A stretch of DNA of 64,000 nt from Bacillota bacterium (GTDB lineage: Bacteria > Bacillota > Clostridia > Lachnospirales > Lachnospiraceae): contig JAEZMV010000017.1 of the NCBI GenBank assembly GCA_023414875.1, positions 207,267 to 271,266 of the forward strand. Direction: 5' to 3'. The position numbers and the translations under genes were made by a program. Shown here piece by piece: positions 52,185 to 62,061 of the stretch (its first letter is position 1; the number at the start of each line of letters is the position of its first letter). The notes under the pieces are model-generated. The model saw only the letters and a list, made by a program, of their open reading frames with translations. It did not search any database and was not told where the DNA came from.

Positions 52185-52751
52185 GTGAGGAAAATGCTTA
52201 TACGCCATCAAGGAACAAAAGTAATTGAAACACCCCGGCTCGTACTTCAAAGATTTAAAGCGGACGATGCCGAGGATATGTTCTACAACTGGGCAGGTGA
52301 TCCTGAAGTATGTAAGTTCTTATCTTGGGGTCCTCATAAGGATGTCGAAGTGTCGCGTAAAAGAATCCTTAACTGGATTAGCAATTATAATTATATTAAT
52401 TCTTATGTTTGGGCGATTGAATTAAAGAGCAAGAACACAGTAATCGGCTCCATCAGTGTCGAGATATCAAACGATACGGCCCTTTCCTGTGAGGTTGGAT
52501 ACTGTATAGGAAAAGAATACTGGAACAGAGGAATTATGACCGAGGCGCTTCGGGCGGTGATGCACTATTTATTCTTTGAGGTTGGATATCAAAGGATACA
52601 GGCAAAGCACGATGTATTGAATGAAGCTTCTGGAAAAGTGATGCAGAAGGCGGGCATGACCTTCGATAAATATGAATATCATGTCGGAGTCAGGCGCGAT
52701 GGCAGCTACTATGACTGTGCAGTTTATGCTAAAAGCATCTCGGATGAATAA
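52185..52751 (+). CDS. RimJ/RimL-family GNAT N-acetyltransferase (alternative start 52194)
   Basis: IETPRL, EVGY, YWNRGIMTEA, N.ASGKVM.KAGM. Confidence 0.9.
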   Translation: MRKMLIRHQGTKVIETPRLVLQRFKADDAEDMFYNWAGDPEVCKFLSWGPHKDVEVSRKRILNWISNYNYINSYVWAIELKSKNTVIGSISVEISNDTALSCEVGYCIGKEYWNRGIMTEALRAVMHYLFFEVGYQRIQAKHDVLNEASGKVMQKAGMTFDKYEYHVGVRRDGSYYDCAVYAKSISDE

Positions 52752-52757
52752 ATAGGG

Positions 52758-52810
52758 ATACGTCAAATGTTTGGCCTTAATTACTGGGTTAGCATTTGAC
52801 GTATTATTTA
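52758..52810 (+). terminator. Terminator after the first GNAT gene
   Basis: atacgtcaaatg / catttgacgtat 12-bp IR plus an AT-rich tail. Confidence 0.65.
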
Positions 52811-53086
52811 TTCAATCGTAAATTACTCCTTCAATATTCGCTTAGCAAATATCAACAAGCATCACTTTGTTTTTTAATCGTATTCTTTAAAGTTTAAGTT
52901 TATCTTATAATAATCTTAGAAAATGTTGATTGTTATTATACTTAAGTGATAAAATGTAGCTAACATAGATGTATGATGGTTCCGTATAGAATAAATCTTT
53001 CAGCTATCATTTTCCACATTTACGGAAAGTAATGATGAGGATGGTCGTTGTTAAATTTATCAATAATAATATTATGAGGTGAAGAG

Positions 53087-53644
53087 ATGAGAGAAGATTA
53101 TAAAGAAATTCTACACAGTCACACAGATATTTCTACGAAACGTTTACTCCTACGTAAATTTACCTTGGACGATATACAGGATATCTACACCTATGCCAGT
53201 GATGAGCAAACACTAAAAAACTTAGCCTGGACAGGAATTAAAAGTCTAGAGGAAGCGAAAGAACTGATTGATGGTTTTTATAGTAACGATGGGGTTTATG
53301 CTATATCCTTAAAAGATACCGGACGTTGCATTGGTTGCATCTGCCTAAATGTAATTCCTGAACATGAGAAAGCTGACTTTGGATATGTACTTAACATTAA
53401 GTATTGGAATCAGGGTTACATGACGGAAGCTTTGAATTCTGTAATAATGTTTTGCTTTCAGGAACTGGAGTTGAATCGGGTGGAAGCGTTCCATTATGTC
53501 GGGAATGAAGGTTCCGGAAAGGTAATGGAGAACTGCAGTATGAGAAAAGAAGGCTATGCAATTCAGGAGGTAAAGATAAAAGGGGTCTTTCGTGATGTCG
53601 TTCATTACGGGATTACGAAGGAGAAATGGTTTCGCGAATCATAA
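53087..53644 (+). CDS. Second RimJ/RimL-family GNAT N-acetyltransferase
   Basis: TKRLLLR, FGY, YWNQGYMTEA, N..SGKVM...M..EG. Confidence 0.9.
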   Translation: MREDYKEILHSHTDISTKRLLLRKFTLDDIQDIYTYASDEQTLKNLAWTGIKSLEEAKELIDGFYSNDGVYAISLKDTGRCIGCICLNVIPEHEKADFGYVLNIKYWNQGYMTEALNSVIMFCFQELELNRVEAFHYVGNEGSGKVMENCSMRKEGYAIQEVKIKGVFRDVVHYGITKEKWFRES

Positions 53645-53766
53645 AGAAACCGGTATTTTTAAATAATATTCTTTTACTATATCTTTGATTAGTTTAACAA
53701 AATACAGTTATAATTGAAACAAGAGTATTATCACAAAAAAATGTACAAGCAATAGGAGGATTCATA

Positions 53767-54213
53767 ATGTTAAAGGAGTTTAAAAAATTTGCCCTAAGGG
53801 GAAACATGATTGATTTAGCTGTTGGTATCATAATCGGCGGAGCATTCAGCTCGTTAGTTAACACTTTGGTTAACGATGTTATCATGCCATTATTTAGCCT
53901 TATCACCAATAGAATTGACTTTAGAAATTGGTTTATCGCTTTAGATGGAAAGGAATATGATACTTTGGATTTAGCCATTGAAGCCGAAGTACCTATCGTC
54001 AAATATGGTTTATTTCTATCAGGTGTACTGAATTTTATTATTATGGCATTTGTTGTATTTTTGATTGTAAGATGGATTAATAAGCTTAAGAAACCGGCAG
54101 AGGTAGAGGTGACTACAAAGAAATGTCCACATTGCATAACCGATATTAATTTAAATGCAACAAAATGTCCTCATTGTACTTCGGATCTTGAAGATTTAAC
54201 TGCCGCAGAATAA
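53767..54213 (+). CDS. mscL: Large-conductance mechanosensitive channel with a C-terminal CxxC-CxxC tail
   Basis: EFKKFALRGNMIDLAVGIIIGGAF, YG.F, NF.I.AF; tail KCPHC...KCPHC. Confidence 0.95.
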   Translation: MLKEFKKFALRGNMIDLAVGIIIGGAFSSLVNTLVNDVIMPLFSLITNRIDFRNWFIALDGKEYDTLDLAIEAEVPIVKYGLFLSGVLNFIIMAFVVFLIVRWINKLKKPAEVEVTTKKCPHCITDINLNATKCPHCTSDLEDLTAAE

Positions 54214-55499
54214 AATAGTAATGCAACGATAGCAGTAGTAAATATCTCTGCGAAAGGATAGGAGGCCCATATCCCTTTCATTTTAAATGCTTCGGAAAGG
54301 AGAATAACTGCAGGAATTAGTATAAGAAAGCCTCTTAAGAAAGACAGGATAAATGCATGGTAAGGTTTCTCAATAGACACAAAATACGACGAACTTACAA
54401 TATTAATTCCGGCAAAGAAAAAGCCCACAAAATAAATGCTTAACCCTTTCGAAGCAATCGATTCTAAAGTCAGATCATTACCACTGTTAAATATCTGAAT
54501 CAGAGGCTTCGAAAAGAAGAATATCATGCCATATATCATGGTTGCTAAGGTAATTGATAATATCAATGCATAACGAAGTAATTTGCTAAGAATTTTTTGA
54601 TTACCTAGACCATATTGGTGGCTTAGGATTGGCTGGATTCCTTGCGCGATACCGGTGAATACAGCTGTAGCTACCAATGCAAGATTTGCAATAATACCGT
54701 AGGCAGCCACCCCGGTATTACCGGATATATTTAGTATTACAATATTAAATATTATAATAACAATCCCGGAAGAAAGCTCGGTAATTAAAGCAGCCAGTCC
54801 CAGGCTGCTTATAATTTTGAATAGATTCAGCTTTGGAAGACATCTCGTGATATGGAAATGATGCCTCTTTTTAATAAAATGCCTAGACAGAAGGGTCATA
54901 CCTATCACCGGAGCAAGACAGGTAGCGAAAGCAGCTCCGAACATTCCCATTCGCAGGGGGTAGACGAAGAAGTAGTCGAGTACAATATTGGAGAAGCTCC
55001 CTGCTAACATGGCTGCCATAGCTAACCTTGGCTCATGATCATTACGAATAAAGCTGATTAGTATATTATTTAAGATAAAGAAGGGAGAAAAGCAGAGGAT
55101 GGTTTTTAAGTAGCTATTTGTCATGGCAAAGGTATCCATATCAGCTCCCATCCACAGGGTTAATCTTTCAGATAATAGGATGCCTGCCAAAAGATATAAA
55201 AGACCAATTACAGTTCCGAAAAGGACGGAATGAGTAAATATAATATCTGCTTGTTTGTGTTCGCCCTGTGCTTTCAGTATAGCGAATTTTGTTGCTCCTC
55301 CAATTCCAATCATAAGGCCGGTACCATTAATAAAGCTATAAATTGGAATTGCAAGATTTAAAGCCGTTAGACCGTCTGCACCTAATTTGTTAGCTATAAA
55401 AAAAGTATCGGCCAGAATATAGCAAGATAGTCCGATCATGCTTAATACATTGAAGCTGACATATTTGATAAATGTTTGAAATACAGTATGATTTTTCAT
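54171..55499 (-). CDS. MATE-family efflux transporter
   Basis: YILADTFFI, GIGG, NIVLD..F....MG.FGAA.AT, GIQP..S..YG, GIW; about 12 TM segments. Confidence 0.92.
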   Translation of the reverse strand: MKNHTVFQTFIKYVSFNVLSMIGLSCYILADTFFIANKLGADGLTALNLAIPIYSFINGTGLMIGIGGATKFAILKAQGEHKQADIIFTHSVLFGTVIGLLYLLAGILLSERLTLWMGADMDTFAMTNSYLKTILCFSPFFILNNILISFIRNDHEPRLAMAAMLAGSFSNIVLDYFFVYPLRMGMFGAAFATCLAPVIGMTLLSRHFIKKRHHFHITRCLPKLNLFKIISSLGLAALITELSSGIVIIIFNIVILNISGNTGVAAYGIIANLALVATAVFTGIAQGIQPILSHQYGLGNQKILSKLLRYALILSITLATMIYGMIFFFSKPLIQIFNSGNDLTLESIASKGLSIYFVGFFFAGINIVSSSYFVSIEKPYHAFILSFLRGFLILIPAVILLSEAFKMKGIWASYPFAEIFTTAIVALLFYSAAVKSSRSEVQ

Positions 55500-55510
55500 A
55501 AATTCTCCTT

Positions 55511-55610
55511 AAAAAAAACGCCCGAGTTTCATACCTTCAAAGGCCTAACGGTATGAAATCGGAACGCTTTATACTCTCTTTACCCGGCGGCAAAGTCCAC
55601 GTTGTATTTT
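55511..55610 (-). ncRNA. Structured leader with an intrinsic terminator upstream of the MATE gene; candidate Na+ (DUF1646-type) riboswitch
   Basis: P1 AACGU/GCGUU encloses P2 CUUUGCC-GCCG-GGUAAAG; the P1 3' strand overlaps the terminator 5' arm; U8 tract just before RBS aaggag. Confidence 0.55.
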
Positions 55611-55621
55611 TGATTGTTGCC

Positions 55622-55650
55622 AGTATAGCACAGTATCATATCAATAGCAA
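55622..55650 (-). promoter_or_regulatory. Sigma-A promoter of the MATE leader
   Basis: TTGCTA (55650-55645), 17-bp spacer, TGn-TATACT (55627-55622). Confidence 0.7.
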
Positions 55651-55875
55651 TATTGTATTTTTATTTTATTCTACAGCATTTTTATTTTATAAGTCCTACA
55701 GCATCTTTGTTCAGAAGATTGAATGACTTGTTTTTTTTACCAAAAGCCTGGTTTTGCTCTTGTGATATCAGCATTCCCTTGCTATAATAAAACAAGGTTT
55801 AGGAAATCTTAATTAGTAAAGAATAATCAGCATAGAATAATATAAAAAGAGGAATCACAGAGTAGGAGTTGAACT

Positions 55876-56394
55876 ATGTTTCGTAGATTTTATCCTAAGA
55901 GATTGGCACCGTCTTCATACGACATCGATTATGAGAAGCTTTATAAAGAAGGATACCGCGGAATTTTATTTGATATAGACAACACCTTGGTAGAACATGG
56001 TGCAGATGCTACACCCAGAGCAATCGAGTTGTTTGACCGATTAAAAAAAATAGGATTTCAAACCTGTCTGATTTCGAATAACAGTGATGAAAGAGTCCGT
56101 AGATTTAATCATAAAATTGGAACGAATTATATTCATAAGGCGAATAAACCTTCCACAAAAAATTATATCAGAGCCACTAAAATCATGGGAACCAGGATTG
56201 ATAATACGGTATTTGTAGGAGACCAGCTCTTTACGGATGTATTCGGCGCAAACCGTATCGGTATGATGACTTACCTGGTAAAACCGATACATCCTAAGGA
56301 AGAAATTCAAATTGTACTGAAGCGGAAGTTGGAACGAATTGTTTTATATTATTACCGGAGAGATTTGGCAAAGGGTAAGATAAAACAAGATTAA
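55876..56394 (+). CDS. yqeG: YqeG-family HAD-IIIA phosphatase
   Basis: FDIDNTL, ISNN, ANKP, VGDQLFTDV.GANR.G. Confidence 0.92.
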   Translation: MFRRFYPKRLAPSSYDIDYEKLYKEGYRGILFDIDNTLVEHGADATPRAIELFDRLKKIGFQTCLISNNSDERVRRFNHKIGTNYIHKANKPSTKNYIRATKIMGTRIDNTVFVGDQLFTDVFGANRIGMMTYLVKPIHPKEEIQIVLKRKLERIVLYYYRRDLAKGKIKQD

Positions 56395-56483
56395 TACATG
56401 GCTTGGCTGTAAGCTTCAGTCCCTTGTATTGACAAAAAAAACCATAATAAAAGCTCATGTTAAGAGGGAAAATGAATCTAAAA

Positions 56484-57005
56484 ATGAAACGTAACATTAT
56501 TTTAATCGGCTTTATGGGCTCTGGTAAAACCAGTGTGGGACATCGTTTGGCTGAACAGCTCGCCTACCGGTTTCGTGACACAGACCAGCTACTGGAACAA
56601 AAATCAGGAGATACCATAAGCCATATCTTTTCGGTTCACGGAGAAGAGTATTTCCGAGATATGGAGACGAATTTGCTAAAGGAATTATTTCCGGTAATCG
56701 ATCATACGGTCCTATCCACCGGTGGCGGACTGCCATTAAGGGAACAGAACACCAAGCTATTGAAGGAGCTGGGCTTCGTAGTATTTTTGAAAGCATCAAA
56801 GCAGACAACCTTGGCTAGACTGAGGGGTGATACATCAAGACCCCTGCTCCAGGGAGAAGATCTGGAACAAAAAGTGGAGCGAATGCTGGAAATCAGAACA
56901 CCAATCTATGAAAAAGCAGCACATAAGCTGATTACTACCGACGACCGTAAGGTTGAGGATATTGTACACCTGATTATGGAGTCATATTTAAAACTAATTT
57001 ATTAG
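56484..57005 (+). CDS. aroK: Shikimate kinase
   Basis: IGFMGSGKT, D.D, GE.YFR..E, STGGG, RPLL, R...Y. Confidence 0.93.
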   Translation: MKRNIILIGFMGSGKTSVGHRLAEQLAYRFRDTDQLLEQKSGDTISHIFSVHGEEYFRDMETNLLKELFPVIDHTVLSTGGGLPLREQNTKLLKELGFVVFLKASKQTTLARLRGDTSRPLLQGEDLEQKVERMLEIRTPIYEKAAHKLITTDDRKVEDIVHLIMESYLKLIY

Positions 57006-57088
57006 GTTGATGACTGTCAGGACGAAGAAACGATGATTGGTGGGACGGTTTGGGGTCACACAACATGGAAGAAAGGCAAGGTTATTAT

Positions 57089-57529
57089 ATGAGGATTTTA
57101 GTGATTAACGGGCCGAATCTGAATTTTCTTGGCATCAGAGAAAAAGGAGTTTACGGTACCCAGGATTATGAGTATTTATTAAAAATACTGGATGAAAAAG
57201 CAAAAGAGAAGAATATCCTGCTGGAAACCTTTCAAAGTAACTGCGAGGGGGAAATTATTAACCGGCTGCAAAAAGCTTTCTTTGATCAGGTGGATGGAAT
57301 TATCATAAATCCTGGAGCTTATACTCATTACAGTTATGCAATCAGAGATGCTTTGGCTTCGATTACTGTGCCTAAAATTGAAGTACATATCTCGAATATT
57401 CATCAAAGAGAAGAATTTCGTCATACCTCCGTAACCGCGGCGGTATGCACGGGACAGATCGCCGGATTAGGGCTTCAAGGATATATACTAGCAATTGATG
57501 CAATCATGAGCAAAACGACATCCAATTAA
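57089..57529 (+). CDS. aroQ: Type II 3-dehydroquinate dehydratase
   Basis: NGPNLN.LG.RE...YG, QSN.EG, NPGAYTH.S, EVHISN...RE.FR. Confidence 0.95.
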   Translation: MRILVINGPNLNFLGIREKGVYGTQDYEYLLKILDEKAKEKNILLETFQSNCEGEIINRLQKAFFDQVDGIIINPGAYTHYSYAIRDALASITVPKIEVHISNIHQREEFRHTSVTAAVCTGQIAGLGLQGYILAIDAIMSKTTSN

Positions 57530-57603
57530 TAAAAAGTGAACATATTTGAAGGATATATTCACATCAGAAAATTACACTGCAGAAAGAAAGACAGGTTGAG
57601 ATT

Positions 57604-58671
57604 ATGGACAATTATAAAAGAGTACAGGAATTATTACAGAAATTATCAGTTTCGGCAATACTGATATCCAATGGTAATAATATGAGATATGTTAGTGGTT
57701 TTGCAGGTGAAACGGGCTATCTTTACATCTCAGAGAAAAGACATGCTGTGATAACGGATTTTCGTTATACAATCCAGGCTGAAATTGAAGCCGAGGGCTA
57801 TGAAATCATAACCATAGGCAATGGTGGGTATGAGGAAGTAATAAACGACTTGATAAAAACAGACGGAGTAAGTAGACTTGGTTTTGAGGCAGAGGACATG
57901 CTGTACGGAACCTTTATCAGGCTAAAGGAGAGACTTGTTGTAAAAGAACTGGTTCCTCTGGGTCACGAGATAACGAATATGAGGAGGATTAAGACCCCCC
58001 GGGAGCTGGAGTACCTTAAGAAGGCAGAGGCAATCGGTGATCAGGTGTTTACTGAGATACTAACCTACATCAAACCGGGAATGACGGAGTTAGAAGTAGC
58101 AGCACGTATTGAATACCTGTTGAAATTAAATGGAGGCAGTTCATTGAGCTTTCCAGCGATTGTTGCTTCGGGAGTAAATTCTTCGATGCCTCATGCGGTA
58201 CCTAGCCAGAAGAAGATAGAGCAGGGAGATTTTCTGACAATGGATTTTGGCTGTGTTTATGAAGGCTATTGCTCGGACATGACACGTACCATCGTAATCG
58301 GTAAAGCCAGCGAAAAGCAGAAAGAGGTTTATCATACGGTATTGAAAGCACAGTTGGCAGTGCTTGACTTTATCAAAGCCGGTTATAAGGGAAAAGAGAT
58401 TGATAAGATAGCGAGAGATATCATTTATGGCGCTGGCTATGAAGATTGTTTCGGGCATGGGCTAGGTCATAGTGTTGGTTTACATGTGCATGAGAACCCC
58501 AGGTTGTCACCGATGGAGGAGGATATTATCCTTGCAGGTATGATGGAGACAGTTGAGCCGGGTATCTATATCAAAGGTTTTGGTGGCGTGAGAATAGAAG
58601 ACTTGGTAGTAGTGACAGAAAGCGGCCATGAGAATTTTACTCATTCTGCGAAAGAATTGATTGAGTTGTAA
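57604..58671 (+). CDS. Xaa-Pro aminopeptidase (M24B)
   Basis: TDFRY, R.IK, PH, DFG, SDMTRT, HGLGH.VGL.VHE, EPGIY, GVRIED; upstream of efp. Confidence 0.93.
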   Translation: MDNYKRVQELLQKLSVSAILISNGNNMRYVSGFAGETGYLYISEKRHAVITDFRYTIQAEIEAEGYEIITIGNGGYEEVINDLIKTDGVSRLGFEAEDMLYGTFIRLKERLVVKELVPLGHEITNMRRIKTPRELEYLKKAEAIGDQVFTEILTYIKPGMTELEVAARIEYLLKLNGGSSLSFPAIVASGVNSSMPHAVPSQKKIEQGDFLTMDFGCVYEGYCSDMTRTIVIGKASEKQKEVYHTVLKAQLAVLDFIKAGYKGKEIDKIARDIIYGAGYEDCFGHGLGHSVGLHVHENPRLSPMEEDIILAGMMETVEPGIYIKGFGGVRIEDLVVVTESGHENFTHSAKELIEL

Positions 58672-58772
58672 GCTTAATAATCAAAAAAGAAGCTCGATTA
58701 AAAAAAACTGTTGCAAAAAATGACAGGTTATTATAGACTAAAGAGTAGTCAATTTAAGGAGGAGTTTTAAGT

Positions 58773-59330
58773 ATGGTTTCAGCAGGCGATTTCAGAAACG
58801 GTATAACAATAGAAATGGAAAATCAAGTATATCAGATTATTGAGTTTCAACATGTTAAACCGGGTAAAGGCGCAGCATTTGTTAGAACTAAATTAAAGAA
58901 TATAAAAAATGGCGGTGTAATTGAAAGAACCTTCCGTCCAACAGAAAAATATCCACAGGCACATATCGAAAGAAGCGATATGCAGTATTTATATAGTGAT
59001 GGTGAGCTTTACCACTTCATGAACGTAGATACCTATGATCAGTTTGCTATGAATGAAGATGCAATCGGTGATTCCCTTAAGTTTGTAAAAGAGAATGAGA
59101 TGGTTAAGATGCTTTCTCATAGCGGCAATGTATTTGCGATTGAGCCTCCGTTATTTGTTGAACTTGTAATTACCGATACCGAACCTGGCTTCAAAGGTGA
59201 TACAGCACAGGGTGCTACTAAACCTGCAATTGTAGAAACAGGAGCAACCGTATATGTACCGTTATTCGTTGAGCAAGGTGATAAGATCAGTATTGATACC
59301 AGATCCGGCGAATACATGAAGAGAGTATAA
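58773..59330 (+). CDS. efp: Elongation factor P
   Basis: [32 protein letters not shown]. Confidence 0.98.
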   Translation: MVSAGDFRNGITIEMENQVYQIIEFQHVKPGKGAAFVRTKLKNIKNGGVIERTFRPTEKYPQAHIERSDMQYLYSDGELYHFMNVDTYDQFAMNEDAIGDSLKFVKENEMVKMLSHSGNVFAIEPPLFVELVITDTEPGFKGDTAQGATKPAIVETGATVYVPLFVEQGDKISIDTRSGEYMKRV

Positions 59331-59357
59331 TCTCCGCAGTTAGCGGATTAATGAATG

Positions 59358-59406
59358 AAAGATAGGGTGCTTTCCGAGCTTGCTCGTGAATAGCACCCTA
59401 TCTTTT
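59358..59406 (+). terminator. Terminator after efp
   Basis: aaagatagggtgct / agcaccctatcttt 14-bp IR. Confidence 0.8.
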
Positions 59407-59635
59407 GTTGATATTATTGCAGGGCTTTTTACACTATAAAGATATATGTATTAATAATAGTTGTAATATTTGTAGTATACATTTGATTTATTTAAATATC
59501 TGTGTTATTATACCGATGTACTATACAAATGATTGCAATATCTTGACGATATTATGTTGCAAAACAACATAACAATCTTCGTGAATTATGATTGTAATGA
59601 ATAACATAAGAATTGAAACGAGGGGTGTAAAATCA

Positions 59636-60409
59636 ATGCTATCAATAGAAAGAAGAGAAAAACTAAAGCAGGTTTTCTTACAGAAAAAAAATGTAACTGT
59701 AGAAGATATGGCCAAAGAATTTAAGGTAAGTACAGAAACCATTCGAAGGGATTTTAACTATCTCAGCGATGAGGGCTTTATTACAAAAACCTACGGTGGA
59801 GCCACTTTAAAATATCGGGCAAATTCTTTGGTAACCCATCAGGAGAAGACCGGGATATTGGTAGATAACAAACGACTGATGGCAAAGCAGGCAGTAAAAT
59901 TCATTCAACCAAACGACTGCATTTTCTTGGATCATTCCACAACAGTTTATGAAATGTGCAATGAGATCGAGAACATTCCGTTAACGGTGATAACGAACTC
60001 CTTATTCATCATTAACCGATTGGCAGGGGTATCAACCATTAAGCTGATTACTCCGGGGGGTAACTTTGTGATGAGTGAGCAGGGCTTCTTTGGATTGGAG
60101 GCGGCCAGATATCTGCAAAGGCATCATATGGATAAGGCTTTTATTTCTTGCCGCAGCATAGATATGAAAAGAGGGCTGAATGATTCCGATGAGATCGTAT
60201 CGGAGATGCGAAGAAGTATCATTAATAGTGCGGACTCCACTTATTTACTGGTGGATCATACGAAGTTCGGGAAATCGGCTTTTATATCCACAAGTGATTT
60301 TAGCAGTATCAAGTATATGATTACAGATAAGCCACTTGATAAGGAATGGCGGGAATTCCTCAAGGAAGAGCATGTTAAGGTTTATGAATGTATGGAACAT
60401 GGTCATTAA
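59636..60409 (+). CDS. DeoR/GlpR-family regulator
   Basis: ERR, VS.ETIRRD, YGGA, IFLD.STT, ITNS, DHTKFG. Confidence 0.93.
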   Translation: MLSIERREKLKQVFLQKKNVTVEDMAKEFKVSTETIRRDFNYLSDEGFITKTYGGATLKYRANSLVTHQEKTGILVDNKRLMAKQAVKFIQPNDCIFLDHSTTVYEMCNEIENIPLTVITNSLFIINRLAGVSTIKLITPGGNFVMSEQGFFGLEAARYLQRHHMDKAFISCRSIDMKRGLNDSDEIVSEMRRSIINSADSTYLLVDHTKFGKSAFISTSDFSSIKYMITDKPLDKEWREFLKEEHVKVYECMEHGH

Positions 60410-60430
60410 TTATTAGATATAAGAATAAAT

Positions 60431-60516
60431 GGGCGAGATAGTGTTTGTTTTTTGCATATGTATTATAAGTAAGATGTGTACATATGTGGAAAGTAGGCAA
60501 GATCTCGTCCTTTTTT
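60431..60516 (+). terminator. Long hairpin plus T-run after the DeoR gene
   Basis: gggcgagat / atctcgtcc and inner gcatatgta / tacatatgt, then tttttt. Confidence 0.55.
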
Positions 60517-60727
60517 ATTATGTAAAATTTACCATAGAAAATTATGAATATTAATTCACTTATAAGCCTTATATTACTTGAGTAATTTGTTATTTAGAAC
60601 CTACATTGTTTTGGCAATATGTTCAATAAACCACATTAAAACCAAACAAAAACTCATAATACATCAATATTAAAATCAATTAGGTGTTGGAAAAACATAA
60701 AATAACACAAAATGATCAACAAAACTA

Positions 60728-60756
60728 TTGCAAAGTTGTCAATATTGTGATATATT
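60728..60756 (+). promoter_or_regulatory. Sigma-A promoter of the sugar ABC operon
   Basis: TTGCAA 60728-60733, 17-bp spacer, TGn-TATATT 60751-60756. Confidence 0.65.
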
Positions 60757-60795
60757 TCTCTTGTAGCAAAAATTATATTTTTGGAGGTAGAACTT

Positions 60796-61974
60796 ATGAA
60801 GAAATTAACTGCTATGTTACTTGTATTAATCATGGTACTTTCTTTCGGTGCATGTGGCAATGGGGATGCTAAGAAGGAGAAAGAAAACGACCAGAAGACA
60901 GAAGACAACCAGAAGACAGAAGAAAAATCCGAGGCTGGAAATGATACTTCTGTTGAAAGTGGTTCCACGGAAGCTGATTTTGTAAAAAAAGGTTACAAAA
61001 TAGCGTACATACTTAATACCACTTCTACAGATATTTTCCAGATGGCTGTTAACGGTGCACAGGAGACAGCGAAAGCACTTGGAATGACTTGCGATGTGTA
61101 CTTTACCGATACGGATAATGTTAAATTTCAGGACTATGTAAATACCTGTGCAAACCAAGGCTATGATGCCATGTTCTTATCCCACGGTAATAAGGAAACA
61201 GCATATGACTTAGTTGATATGCTTACCAAAAAGGGAATTAAGGTAGTTTGCTTTGATACTCAGCTCGTAGATTCAAACGGTGTTAACACCGGCATTAAGG
61301 GTGTAACCCAGATGTTCCAGGATGACCAAAAGCTGGCTGACCTGACCTTAGATTATATCTGTAACACGATTTATCCTGATAAAGTAGCAGCAAAGGAACC
61401 GATTAAGATCTTAAAGATATGGAGAGGACCTGGAATCTCACCCTTTGATCGCAGACAGGAAACCTATCTGAAATATGAAGAACAGGGTATCATAGAGACC
61501 TTAGAAGTATTAGGGCCGACAGATCCTGCAAACGCAGAAGCAAGCTTGGCACAGGTTATGGCATCCGCTCTTCCGAAATATCCGGAAGGTACTATAGATG
61601 CAATTTGGGGCTGCTATGATGCTTACACAAGAGGTGCATATATCGCTTTATTAGAAGCTGGAAGAACTGATATACCCGTTGTATCTGTAGATATCTCTAA
61701 TCAGGATATTAACTATATGTTGGACGGCAGTGAGGTTTGGAGAGCATGCTCTACCGTTGACTTTACAACAATCGGTCAGCAGGGTGTTCGCCTTCTTGCT
61801 ATGAAGCTAAACAATGAAGAAACAGAGGATGTATATAACTTAACACCTTCCCTGGTTACCTACGATCAGCTAGATAAGGATTCTAATGTATTAAACTTAA
61901 AGGATTACGTAGAAGGCTATGGAGTAAATGATGATCATATCACCGAATGGATGAAGCCTTACCTGGTGAAATAG
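60796..61974 (+). CDS. Monosaccharide ABC transporter substrate-binding lipoprotein (type I PBP fold)
   Basis: FGAC lipobox, charged linker, GIKVVCFD, IDAIW..YD, GRTDI.VVSVD. Confidence 0.88.
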   Translation: MKKLTAMLLVLIMVLSFGACGNGDAKKEKENDQKTEDNQKTEEKSEAGNDTSVESGSTEADFVKKGYKIAYILNTTSTDIFQMAVNGAQETAKALGMTCDVYFTDTDNVKFQDYVNTCANQGYDAMFLSHGNKETAYDLVDMLTKKGIKVVCFDTQLVDSNGVNTGIKGVTQMFQDDQKLADLTLDYICNTIYPDKVAAKEPIKILKIWRGPGISPFDRRQETYLKYEEQGIIETLEVLGPTDPANAEASLAQVMASALPKYPEGTIDAIWGCYDAYTRGAYIALLEAGRTDIPVVSVDISNQDINYMLDGSEVWRACSTVDFTTIGQQGVRLLAMKLNNEETEDVYNLTPSLVTYDQLDKDSNVLNLKDYVEGYGVNDDHITEWMKPYLVK

Positions 61975-61996
61975 TTACAAGTTCAATAATGGGATT

Positions 61997-62033
61997 TTAA
62001 TATAGAGGAGTGAAATTAACTCCTCTATATTAA
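61997..62033 (+). other. Intercistronic stem-loop between the binding-protein and ATPase genes
   Basis: Perfect 15-bp IR ttaatatagaggagt / actcctctatattaa with no U-tract. Confidence 0.65.
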
Positions 62034-62061
62034 CTAAAGCGGATAGGAAATGAGGTATGAC

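Noticed and set aside
55671..55704. CTACAGCAT direct repeat between the MATE and yqeG promoters
   Set aside because: Only two short copies in low-complexity DNA, with no supporting evidence.
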